64,000 nucleotides of DNA, taken from positions 8,962-72,961 of the forward strand of contig JBNJHD010000001.1 in NCBI GenBank assembly GCA_051819805.1, read 5' to 3'. Under the pieces are notes generated by a model. The model was not told where the DNA came from, searched no databases, and was given only the letters and a program-made list of their open reading frames with translations. A program made the position numbers and the translations under genes. Source of the stretch: Nanobdellota archaeon. Lineage in GTDB: Archaea > Nanobdellota > Nanobdellia > Woesearchaeales > SKGA01. How positions within the stretch are numbered: position 1 is the first letter of the stretch; each line of letters starts with the position of its first letter. Of this stretch, positions 55,662 to 64,000 are shown piece by piece.

Positions 55662-58250
55662 GTGGCAGTGATTAAAAGTATGAAACAACGACAATACCTA
55701 TCACTAACGATTTCTCTAGTCGTAGCTCTCATTCTCTTGACAGCTTTCGTTTCAGCCGTAATCCCTGAACCTGAACTCACTTACCTTAATGGAAGTTCTG
55801 TGCCTGTATTCAATTTCGACAGGAAAGGATATGATCTTGATGGCCAGCCTTACGGAAGCAACTCTTATATGGATCACAGCATAACAAATCCCGATGTAGA
55901 ATTATCGCTCTGCCACCAGAATCTCTCTGTCGGTGACGGGGTTGATCTGGTCTATTATTCAGAGAATAAATCCCTTATTGCAAGTGTTCTCAATTATAAG
56001 CCTCTCATCACGAATGTCACGACACACGCTGATGGGAATGGTACATATAACTGCACTGTTATCAATATTGATCTCTCTTCAACGAACGCTCTGTATCCTG
56101 GAAAAATCGCTCCTGTGCTCATTGACAATCACACTGCTAATACGCCTACAGAGTATGAATTCACACAAAACTCCACAGAACTCTTTGAACCGCTTGATCC
56201 GATGTTCAATGGTTCATATAAAATAGGGGTTCGTGTTGAAGGACCTCCAAAGACATATTATCTGTTTACCGAATATATTTACGATGAGAACAAGAAATCC
56301 ATCAATTCATCTGCGCAGAAACTAGTCACGAGCATTGTTGATTCCAGTCGTATTTCTGTAGCTGAAGCAATACTCAATCCTTCAGACCTGTTGGAATACC
56401 AAGATACATTTCAGGGTGGAGAGGAAGTCATTGTCAACGGACTCTCGTCACTTGAGATCAAGATGTATGATCCCTGCACTCCAATCAATGAATCAGGATA
56501 TTATATCATGAACGAGAGTATTGGTAATAGTTCTGGGCAGAATCTTAATGATACTTGCTTGGAACTCAATAATATCTCAAATGTCGTTCTCAATTTCGGA
56601 GAGGAATTCGTCACAGGTGATGATGATTCAATAGCAGGAAGCAAGAAAAATGATACTTGTGCTTTCACGATACGGAATTCTCACAATATAACCTTTGAAA
56701 GTTTCAAAACATACCAATTCTACTATGGCATTTGTGTGGAGAACAGTTCCATCAACATTTTCGGAACGCAATCATCACACAACATACATGGAGCGAAAAT
56801 AACTCATAAGAGTAAGGTGCAATTCATCGATACTCGATTCTCGAATGATGATTCAGAAATACTGGTAGAGGATGATTCTAAATTATCTTTATCGCATGCA
56901 CGATTCGAACTTGAGAACAGCGACCCACTCAATGTAACTCATCTTGATTCTGAAGCGAGTAACGTGCGGATACGGACAGTCAATCCACGACCGGTGATTC
57001 CGAATACTACAACACCTGACGGCAGAGAGCTCAAGGATATCGGTCAATACATCCGTTATGACAATCTCAGCTCAAACAATTCATTCGCACAATTAACATT
57101 TCACTTCCGGGAATATGCACAAAGTAATCTCTCAGAAAAAGTAGCTACAGACAATATCTCTATCTACAAATACAATGGGACTATGAAATCAGAAGACCCT
57201 GACTACGTCATGTCTGCTAACGAATCAGATGGTTGGATCAATGGAAATTGGTCACAAATCTATACGCTGGTCTATCCTGCAGAACAACTCATTTTAAGTC
57301 CGAACATGAGTAGTTTTTCAGTTTATGCACCACTCGGTTTCGTCACTAACAACACTAACCCTGAGCCAGTACCTGAGCCGACACCAGAGCCAACTCCTGA
57401 CCCTGTTGCGGGAAGCGATTCTGGAGGTGGAGGGACGCCTTCAAGAAACGAATTTGAAGATGAATCAGTTTTAGTCTATCCTGAACCACCTAATTTCGAG
57501 CTTGAGATACCTGATAATGTGACTCTGATGCAAGGAGAAGCAGGAGATATAAGTTTTAATATCAGCAATAAAGGACGAGCAGATTATGAAGATGTGAAAG
57601 TAGGTCCTGTACTACCCAATGGATGGGAAGGAACAAACCACACATTCTCCATGGTCGAAGCTTATTCGAATATGTCAGCAACATTCAGCATGGCATCATA
57701 TGAAAAAGCGTTACCTGGACGATACTGGGTACCTATCAAAGTCTATGTTCCAAGTGAAAACGGAACGACCGATGTCGTTACAGAATTATTGGCTGTCCAT
57801 GTCACTCCACGAAAAGACCTGCGACGACTGAAAGTGGTGGAATATCCGCCTGAAGTGGTCGTTAAACCAAATTCGCGACTGGACATATCGTTCCTTGCGA
57901 AGAATATTGGTGATTTCAACCTCTATAATATCACGATCGAGCATGAACCTGAAGAGTGTATCGAAAGAATCGAAGGACAACAGAATATCAGTGTCGGGCG
58001 GGAAAAGGATCTCACATATACCTTCTATTTCGGAGATCGGAAAGAATGTGATGCGAACCTCAAGTTCTACTCTGAAGAAGAGCTGGTAGGGTTTGTACCA
58101 GTATCGTTCAAGATCACGCCTAGAGGAATCGGAGAGTTCTATCTTTCAACAAAAGATACTTTCGTGCTGCTCGTTGTTATCGCATGGACGATACTGACAA
58201 TAATGATCATCTCAAGATGGTGGAAGAGAAGGAAATATCACACGAGCTAA
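55662..58250 (+). CDS. Large secreted protein with right-handed beta-helix (NosD/pectate-lyase-like) repeats, Pro/Thr linker and C-terminal TM anchor
   Basis: Signal peptide. Parallel beta-helix-like repeats (NISNVVLNFGEEF...NSHNITFESF...NSSINIFGTQSSHNIHGAKITH...). PEPVPEPTPEPTPDPV linker. C-terminal TM VLLVVIAWTILTIMIIS plus RWWKRRKYHTS. Confidence 0.55.
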   Translation: MAVIKSMKQRQYLSLTISLVVALILLTAFVSAVIPEPELTYLNGSSVPVFNFDRKGYDLDGQPYGSNSYMDHSITNPDVELSLCHQNLSVGDGVDLVYYSENKSLIASVLNYKPLITNVTTHADGNGTYNCTVINIDLSSTNALYPGKIAPVLIDNHTANTPTEYEFTQNSTELFEPLDPMFNGSYKIGVRVEGPPKTYYLFTEYIYDENKKSINSSAQKLVTSIVDSSRISVAEAILNPSDLLEYQDTFQGGEEVIVNGLSSLEIKMYDPCTPINESGYYIMNESIGNSSGQNLNDTCLELNNISNVVLNFGEEFVTGDDDSIAGSKKNDTCAFTIRNSHNITFESFKTYQFYYGICVENSSINIFGTQSSHNIHGAKITHKSKVQFIDTRFSNDDSEILVEDDSKLSLSHARFELENSDPLNVTHLDSEASNVRIRTVNPRPVIPNTTTPDGRELKDIGQYIRYDNLSSNNSFAQLTFHFREYAQSNLSEKVATDNISIYKYNGTMKSEDPDYVMSANESDGWINGNWSQIYTLVYPAEQLILSPNMSSFSVYAPLGFVTNNTNPEPVPEPTPEPTPDPVAGSDSGGGGTPSRNEFEDESVLVYPEPPNFELEIPDNVTLMQGEAGDISFNISNKGRADYEDVKVGPVLPNGWEGTNHTFSMVEAYSNMSATFSMASYEKALPGRYWVPIKVYVPSENGTTDVVTELLAVHVTPRKDLRRLKVVEYPPEVVVKPNSRLDISFLAKNIGDFNLYNITIEHEPEECIERIEGQQNISVGREKDLTYTFYFGDRKECDANLKFYSEEELVGFVPVSFKITPRGIGEFYLSTKDTFVLLVVIAWTILTIMIISRWWKRRKYHTS

Positions 58251-58281
58251 AGGCTCGATTCATATGAGAAGTTGATGAACT

Positions 58282-58686
58282 ATGGCTGCAAAGAAAAACG
58301 ATAAGATGTTCTCGTCATTCTTCGACGAATCAGGACAATCTCCTGAGCAAGCTAGCGAAAGCCATACTAAAAGGAAAAAAGGACGGAAAAAGAAAAAGGA
58401 CAAGGACACTCAAGAACAACACTCTACCTTTTTTGATGATATGCCTCAAGAGATGGATGATGATCTTTCAGGATCATTCTATGACACGCCGGAATCAAAG
58501 AGTGAAGAGGATTTCCAAGAGGATATGTATGAGCATAAGCCTCATAGGAAAGCAGCTAAGGATCATATGAATTCAATACTCCATCTGTTCGGTTTCACAT
58601 GGTGGGAGTTTCTCATCGTCCTCTGTGAAGTTGCTCTTATCGTCTTGACAATACTTTATTTCATGGGACTATTCACTCCTTTCTGA
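58282..58686 (+). CDS. Small tail-anchored membrane protein with disordered charged N-terminus
   Basis: 134 aa; K/E/D-rich N-terminal two-thirds; single C-terminal TM (WWEFLIVLCEVALIVLTILYFMGLF). Confidence 0.4.
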   Translation: MAAKKNDKMFSSFFDESGQSPEQASESHTKRKKGRKKKKDKDTQEQHSTFFDDMPQEMDDDLSGSFYDTPESKSEEDFQEDMYEHKPHRKAAKDHMNSILHLFGFTWWEFLIVLCEVALIVLTILYFMGLFTPF

Positions 58687-58729
58687 AATCGGGAGAGAAC
58701 TAATCACTGTCAGCTGAATATTAAGGAAA

Positions 58730-59761
58730 ATGACTATACGAATACTGCTTGTGGACGACTCATTGTATGCTCGACATACAATCATGAACGTGTTAGATTC
58801 TTCAAAAGCACTCTCTGTAGTAGCTTCTGTGTCACGAGCTTCTCAAGCGCTTGATAAGATACGTCAGACTGGTCCTGATGTTGTTCTTATGAAAGTAGCT
58901 CCGCATGATCCGCAACCAGTCAAAGAGATAAGAAGGATAATGAAGGATTGGCCTGTACCACTACTTCTTCTAGCTACTCAAGCAGATGATAACTCGCAAA
59001 AACACATTTTTGATGCGATGGATGCAGGCGCTATCGATTTTCTCATGCAACCACCCGCAAACCAACTCAACTCTATCAAGGATGAACTCATCAGGAAGAT
59101 ACAACAAGTCGCACTGGCACGCTTGCCGGAAACAAGAACTGTCACTCATAGAACAAAACCGTTATCTGGCGATTTCAGCAATTCAAAAGAAAAAATCATC
59201 GTTATAGGATCATCAACCGGTGGTCCGAGAACGCTAGAACGACTTCTTGGTGAAATTCCTGCAAATATCCCTGCACCGATTCTTGTCGTGCAACACATGC
59301 CAAAAGGGTTCACTAAATCATTCTCTGAGCGACTCAACAAGCTCTGCTCCTTGGAAGTGAGGGAAGCAAAAGATGGTGAACCAGTAAAAAAAGGCGTGGC
59401 ACTCATAGCGCCAAGCGGTCAACATATGCTGCTTGAAGAAGATTATCTTGATACTGCAAAAGTACGATTGACCGATGATCCTCCCGAACTTGGTGTTCGT
59501 CCTACAGTCAATAAACTATTTAAATCAGCGGCTTTGGTCTATGGATCGAAGGTAATAGGGATAGTACTTACAGGAATGGGTTTTGATGGAACTCTAGGTG
59601 CCAAAGCGATAAAGGAACGTCATGGTACGATCATAGCACAATCAAAAGAATCATGTGTCATCTACGGGATGCCGAAATCAATTGTGGATAATGGTTTTGC
59701 CGATGAGATCGTTTCGCTCGATCAGATGACTGTGGCACTCATACAATTACTGGAATTATAA
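58730..59761 (+). CDS. cheB: Chemotaxis response regulator protein-glutamate methylesterase CheB
   Basis: N-terminal receiver (ILLVDDS) and C-terminal methylesterase domain (GSSTGGP..., catalytic S/H/D context). Confidence 0.85.
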   Translation: MTIRILLVDDSLYARHTIMNVLDSSKALSVVASVSRASQALDKIRQTGPDVVLMKVAPHDPQPVKEIRRIMKDWPVPLLLLATQADDNSQKHIFDAMDAGAIDFLMQPPANQLNSIKDELIRKIQQVALARLPETRTVTHRTKPLSGDFSNSKEKIIVIGSSTGGPRTLERLLGEIPANIPAPILVVQHMPKGFTKSFSERLNKLCSLEVREAKDGEPVKKGVALIAPSGQHMLLEEDYLDTAKVRLTDDPPELGVRPTVNKLFKSAALVYGSKVIGIVLTGMGFDGTLGAKAIKERHGTIIAQSKESCVIYGMPKSIVDNGFADEIVSLDQMTVALIQLLEL

Positions 59762-59805
59762 TACTATACATTCATTACTAAAGGCAAAAAATAAGAGGTG
59801 GTCAT

Positions 59806-61782
59806 GTGGATCTATCAAAATATAAAAAGGAGTTCGTCATGGAAGTGCGCGAACACCTTGACAGTCTTAATCAGAATCTTCTTGATTTAGAGGATGCTCC
59901 TCAAGATGAAGATACCATAAATAATATTTTCAGATCATTTCACACGCTTAAAGGAAATGCTGCGACAATGGGCTATACGAAATTTTCCGACCTTGCTCAT
60001 TCGCTTGAGAATGTTCTTTCGAAAATCAGGGATGGTGAGTTCAAAGTCACACAAAATGTCATGAACTCATTATTTGAAGGATGCGATGTTATGGAAGACG
60101 GTCTGGAAAAAATAGAGAATGATACTCCTGATGACATTCATGTGGAAAATCTTATCAACGAATTGAGTTCTTATCTGGATGTCGATACTCATAATAACCA
60201 CTCTGTCGCTATAAACGAAACAATCGAGCTTGATGCTGGAGAAAAAAAGAAAATCTCTGAACTGAAAAAGAAAAAATACTCTGTTTATCGCTTGGTGGCT
60301 TTGTTTGATAGTGATAATCCTCTCAAGGCTGCAAAAGCACAGATTCTCATCAGGGATATAGGTGATAAGAATATTATCAAGACAACTCCTACTATTGATG
60401 AGATCAAAAAGGCAAAATTCAATACTGAAATAGAGATAGTGCTTTCCAGCAAGAAGAAAAAAGAGGATGTGAAACAATCTATAGGTACAATTTCAGGAAT
60501 CAAGAATATTTCAGTGCTTGATTTGGATGAAGCGTATAAGAAAGATGAAAAATTCAAGCATGAAGAGAATGAACGGGCTAAGCATCATATTGCAAAAAAG
60601 CATCATGATGAAGTGACTAGACAGATACAATCAGTGAGAGTAGATATGGATCGTCTTGATAAGATAATGAATGTTATCGGAGAACTGCTCATCTATAATA
60701 TCCGATTACAGGATCTTCATCAGAAGAAAGACTACAAGTCACTTGATACTATAATGTCAGGTATCAATGGTTTTGTTCTCGATCTCAAGAGCAAGATGCT
60801 TGATATACGAATGGTGCCGATGGAAAATATTTTCAAACGATTTCCTCGGATGGTCCGTGATCTGGCACAGAAAGAAAATAAGAAAGTTGATTTCCAGATA
60901 GAAGGTGGGGAGATAGAGCTTGATAGGACTATTCTTGATAAGATCGGAGAACCGCTGGTCCATATACTCCGAAATAGCGTCGATCACGGAATCGAAACTC
61001 CCTCTGATAGGAAGAAAGCTGGTAAGCAAGAACAAGGGAACGTCCGACTCATAGCACGACGAGAGAAGAATAATGCTGTTGTCGAGATTACTGATGATGG
61101 TGCAGGAATCGATGCTGATGCACTGAAAGAAAAATGTTTGAAGAAAGGTATTATCACAAAAGAGCAAGCGAACAAGATGTCTGAACAAGATCTTCAGATG
61201 CTCGTATTCTCGCCAGGAGTGAGTACCAGCGATAATGTCACGGAAGTCTCCGGTCGAGGTGTGGGTATGGATGTTGTGATGAGCTCAGTCAAAGAACTAG
61301 GTGGAGATGTGAAAATATCTTCCGAACTAGGTAAAGGCTCAACTATAACGCTCCAACTACCGCTCACGATTGCAATCGTATCAGTACTGCTTGTCAATGT
61401 GGCACATCAGCCCTATGCACTACCATTGTCCAATATCAACCAGATTCTTGAGGTTAAAAAAGAGGATGTGAAGACTATACAGGGAAAAGAAGTTTTTATC
61501 ATGAGAGGTTCGGAAGTGCCTCTGCTTTGGCTTGATGAGTTCGTAGGTGAAGGTCGGAAAAGCGGTGCTGATTCTGGACGATTCACTGTTGTCGTTGTAG
61601 AACACTCTGATAAGAAAATAGGATTAGTCCTTGATTCGATTATCGGACAACGACAGATACTTATCAAGAGTCTTGATGGTATGGTCAAAGGAGTGAAAGG
61701 CTTTGCAGGAGCGACAATCCTTGGAGACGGGCGTATAGCTCTCGTCTACGATGTGCCTGGTTTTTTCAGAGCGCATATCTGA
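59806..61782 (+). CDS. cheA: Chemotaxis histidine kinase CheA
   Basis: GTG start with SD. HPt domain FRSFHTLKGNAATMG; dimerisation, HATPase_c (DDGAGID, GRGVGMD) and C-terminal CheW-like domain. Confidence 0.85.
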   Translation: MDLSKYKKEFVMEVREHLDSLNQNLLDLEDAPQDEDTINNIFRSFHTLKGNAATMGYTKFSDLAHSLENVLSKIRDGEFKVTQNVMNSLFEGCDVMEDGLEKIENDTPDDIHVENLINELSSYLDVDTHNNHSVAINETIELDAGEKKKISELKKKKYSVYRLVALFDSDNPLKAAKAQILIRDIGDKNIIKTTPTIDEIKKAKFNTEIEIVLSSKKKKEDVKQSIGTISGIKNISVLDLDEAYKKDEKFKHEENERAKHHIAKKHHDEVTRQIQSVRVDMDRLDKIMNVIGELLIYNIRLQDLHQKKDYKSLDTIMSGINGFVLDLKSKMLDIRMVPMENIFKRFPRMVRDLAQKENKKVDFQIEGGEIELDRTILDKIGEPLVHILRNSVDHGIETPSDRKKAGKQEQGNVRLIARREKNNAVVEITDDGAGIDADALKEKCLKKGIITKEQANKMSEQDLQMLVFSPGVSTSDNVTEVSGRGVGMDVVMSSVKELGGDVKISSELGKGSTITLQLPLTIAIVSVLLVNVAHQPYALPLSNINQILEVKKEDVKTIQGKEVFIMRGSEVPLLWLDEFVGEGRKSGADSGRFTVVVVEHSDKKIGLVLDSIIGQRQILIKSLDGMVKGVKGFAGATILGDGRIALVYDVPGFFRAHI

Positions 61783-61880
61783 ACCACTGTGGAGAAGTAG
61801 CACAGCTTTAAAAATGAATACTTCTCAGGAATTGAAATAAGAGAGTGTTATGATATAATGATCAATCTAATTATTGGGGT

Positions 61881-63887
61881 GTGTGTATAGTGAATCTGAA
61901 AAATATAAGTTTGAAATGGCAGATATTAGTTCTTGTGGTCTTACTTATTATTGTTCCAACACTCGTTGTAGGAATGATAGGATATAATACTGCAAATCAA
62001 GAGATGGTCAACTCGGTAGAAGGTGATTTGACACAAAAATCCCTTCTGGTAAGGGATCATGTGGAAACAGCTTATAATCTACAGAAAAGCAAAGTGACTG
62101 ATGCTCTCAATCTGTTCATAGAAGAGATTACGGTCTCTGGTCTGGATTTCGCTTCAGGAACAGAAACTCTTGTTATAGAAGGTTCTGGAGAGAGAATTGA
62201 TTTTACACCTCTAGAACTCAAAGGACAAGACTTGTTGCTTTCAGACTATATATATGGCCAAGCAGAATCACTCTCGTCAGACACCTTGTTTTACTTTCGG
62301 ATTACAGATAATGGTCTTCTCAACATCCCTCTCACTAATCAAGAGACTGCTTTTCTTATTCCAGATAATGAACAAGAATACACCTCTCTGACCTCGAACG
62401 GTTTTTACGGAGTAATCAATCTCAATAACACTGATTACATACTCGGTTGTGCTGTTCTTGAAGCAGAAAATAAAGATGAAGCTGTATTGTGTGAAGGTAC
62501 GGAAAAAGCAGCGCTTGCAAAACCGATCAAAGAACAACTTTCCGATTTTGTCATTGGGGAAACAGGATACATTGCACTACTCAATTCGGAGGGTGATTAT
62601 GTTCTTTCAAAGAATATGGAGCAGGATGGAAAAAATATATGGGGTGCAACTGATGATGATGGAGAATTGTTCGTCCAGCAAGTCATCAATGATAGCTTGA
62701 CATTCTCATCATCTGATGATTCAGGTATTGTCTATTATTCATGGAAAAATCCTGGTGAGCTATTCGCTCGACAGAAAGTAGGAGCTTACACTTATTTTGA
62801 ACAGTTGGATTGGGTCATCTGGCCTAACGCTTACCATAGTGAATTCCTGTCCGGAATGAATCGTATCAGAGCAGTCACTGTACTGGTCATTGTCCTATCG
62901 GTGCTTATTGCAGGAGGATTAGCATATCTTTTTGTCAGTCGATTCACAAGTCCTTTCAAGAAGATCATTGATTCGATGAAACAAGTAGCTGATGGTGATC
63001 TCACGCAGAAATCAGCTCTTAATGGTAACAAAGAGTTCGAGATGTTAAGTGATTCTTTCAACAAGATGGTCGATAATCTGAAATCACTCATCAAGAAACT
63101 GCAAGAGACTGTGTCTGTCACGGCATCATCCTCGCAACAACTCTCTGCGAGTTCAGAACAAGTCAATACTGCAACTAATCAGGTCAGCACGACAATTCAA
63201 GAACTGGCTAAAGGATCAGAAACTCTTTCAAAATCATCAGAAGATGCAAAACATGCTTCTCAAGAAACAGCTGCTAATGCTGAACAAGGAAAGGCGTCTG
63301 CAAGTCAGATCACTGATAGGATGAATTCGATCTCACAGATCACTACTGAAAGTGCCCAGCAGATAAATGCGCTTGGAGAGAAATCCGATCAGATCAGCGA
63401 GATAGTCTCGACAATTGAGGATGTTTCGAAACAGACGAATCTGCTTGCTCTCAATGCAGCTATCGAAGCGGCCAGAGCTGGCGATGCAGGAAGAGGATTT
63501 GCAGTAGTAGCGGATCAAGTCAGGAAACTTGCTGAAGAGACTCAGGAAGCTACAGGGAAAATTTCAACGCTTATCACAGGCATACAGGGTCAGATCCATG
63601 ATTCTGTCGATAGTATGGATAAGAACTCCAAAGAGGTCGCTGAGAGCACTGATAAAGTCCAACAAGCGATCAGCTTGTTTGAACAGATTCCTGAACTCAT
63701 CAACAAAGCGAATGGTGCTCTTAATGACATGGCTTCAGTAGCTGAAGAGAATGCAGCGGGAACAGAAGAAGTTTCAGCTTCAATCGAAGAAGTCTCATCC
63801 TCGATGAATCAAGTGAGTTCGACGGCTCAGCAACTGACTAGCCAAGCAGAAAATCTCAAGGATCTTGCGAATAAATTCAAGGTATGA
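61881..63887 (+). CDS. Methyl-accepting chemotaxis protein (transmembrane sensor with extracellular ligand-binding domain, HAMP and MCP signalling domain)
   Basis: N-terminal TM, ~270-aa periplasmic domain, second TM, HAMP ([14 protein letters not shown]) and conserved MCP signalling core (...[40 protein letters not shown]...). Confidence 0.8.
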   Translation: MCIVNLKNISLKWQILVLVVLLIIVPTLVVGMIGYNTANQEMVNSVEGDLTQKSLLVRDHVETAYNLQKSKVTDALNLFIEEITVSGLDFASGTETLVIEGSGERIDFTPLELKGQDLLLSDYIYGQAESLSSDTLFYFRITDNGLLNIPLTNQETAFLIPDNEQEYTSLTSNGFYGVINLNNTDYILGCAVLEAENKDEAVLCEGTEKAALAKPIKEQLSDFVIGETGYIALLNSEGDYVLSKNMEQDGKNIWGATDDDGELFVQQVINDSLTFSSSDDSGIVYYSWKNPGELFARQKVGAYTYFEQLDWVIWPNAYHSEFLSGMNRIRAVTVLVIVLSVLIAGGLAYLFVSRFTSPFKKIIDSMKQVADGDLTQKSALNGNKEFEMLSDSFNKMVDNLKSLIKKLQETVSVTASSSQQLSASSEQVNTATNQVSTTIQELAKGSETLSKSSEDAKHASQETAANAEQGKASASQITDRMNSISQITTESAQQINALGEKSDQISEIVSTIEDVSKQTNLLALNAAIEAARAGDAGRGFAVVADQVRKLAEETQEATGKISTLITGIQGQIHDSVDSMDKNSKEVAESTDKVQQAISLFEQIPELINKANGALNDMASVAEENAAGTEEVSASIEEVSSSMNQVSSTAQQLTSQAENLKDLANKFKV

Positions 63888-63916
63888 TTATTTTGGACTT
63901 TCAGGAGTGATACATA

Positions 63917-64000
63917 TGCTAGAACAAAAAAAGGAAGATACAACCTCTCAAGAGAAAGAATATCAGCTAGTGATCTGCAAGCTCAATGACGAAGAATTCG
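63917..64000 (+). CDS. cheW: Probable CheW adaptor, 5' fragment (runs off window)
   Basis: MLEQKKEDTTSQEKEYQLVICKLNDEEF resembles the CheW N-terminus (QYLTFxLxxEEYG pattern). Position immediately after MCP. Confidence 0.45.

Noticed and set aside
1-64000. Mobile elements, prophage or defence systems (integrase, transposase, RM, toxin-antitoxin, cas)
   Set aside because: Looked for DDE/tyrosine-recombinase/HNH/PD-(D/E)xK signatures in all ORFs >60 aa and found none. The only nuclease-like candidate is the PLD-family protein, which is reported separately.

Overview
This is an archaeal chromosomal window of moderate-to-low GC content. Protein composition is K/E-rich and N-glycosylation sequons are abundant, so it is not a salt-in acidic proteome. 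The lineage cannot be fixed from sequence alone. The first ~30 kb is core housekeeping. It carries leuS, a tRNA-His, and the conserved archaeal r-protein/RNAP block S13-S4-S11-Rpo3(D)-[tRNA-Leu]-L18e-L13-S9-Rpo10(N). It also carries PGK, an RNase P Rpp21-like subunit, Bud32/KEOPS kinase, a CDC48 AAA+ ATPase, gatD-gatE, and a deoxyhypusine synthase / PLP decarboxylase / agmatinase operon that looks like an aIF5A hypusination pathway. All three tRNA genes appear to contain introns. Two of these introns sit at non-canonical positions (D-arm in tRNA-Leu, T-loop in a putative tRNA-Arg). The tRNA-Arg locus spans about 350 bp and carries two 33-nt hairpin-capable direct repeats inside its putative T-loop intron. 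Directly downstream lies a ~28 kb block (30.7-58.7 kb) of six Sec-signal-bearing, sequon-rich surface proteins. It is dominated by one 6,089-aa ORF of 18.3 kb built from 5 DUF2341+LamG-like modules, three ~180-aa Cys-containing modules with near-identical 150-bp nucleotide cores, Ig-like repeat arrays and a CARDB-like domain. I think this surface block is the most interesting, possibly undescribed, system in the window. A cheB-cheA-MCP-cheW chemotaxis operon follows. No transposases, integrases, cas genes or CRISPR arrays were seen.
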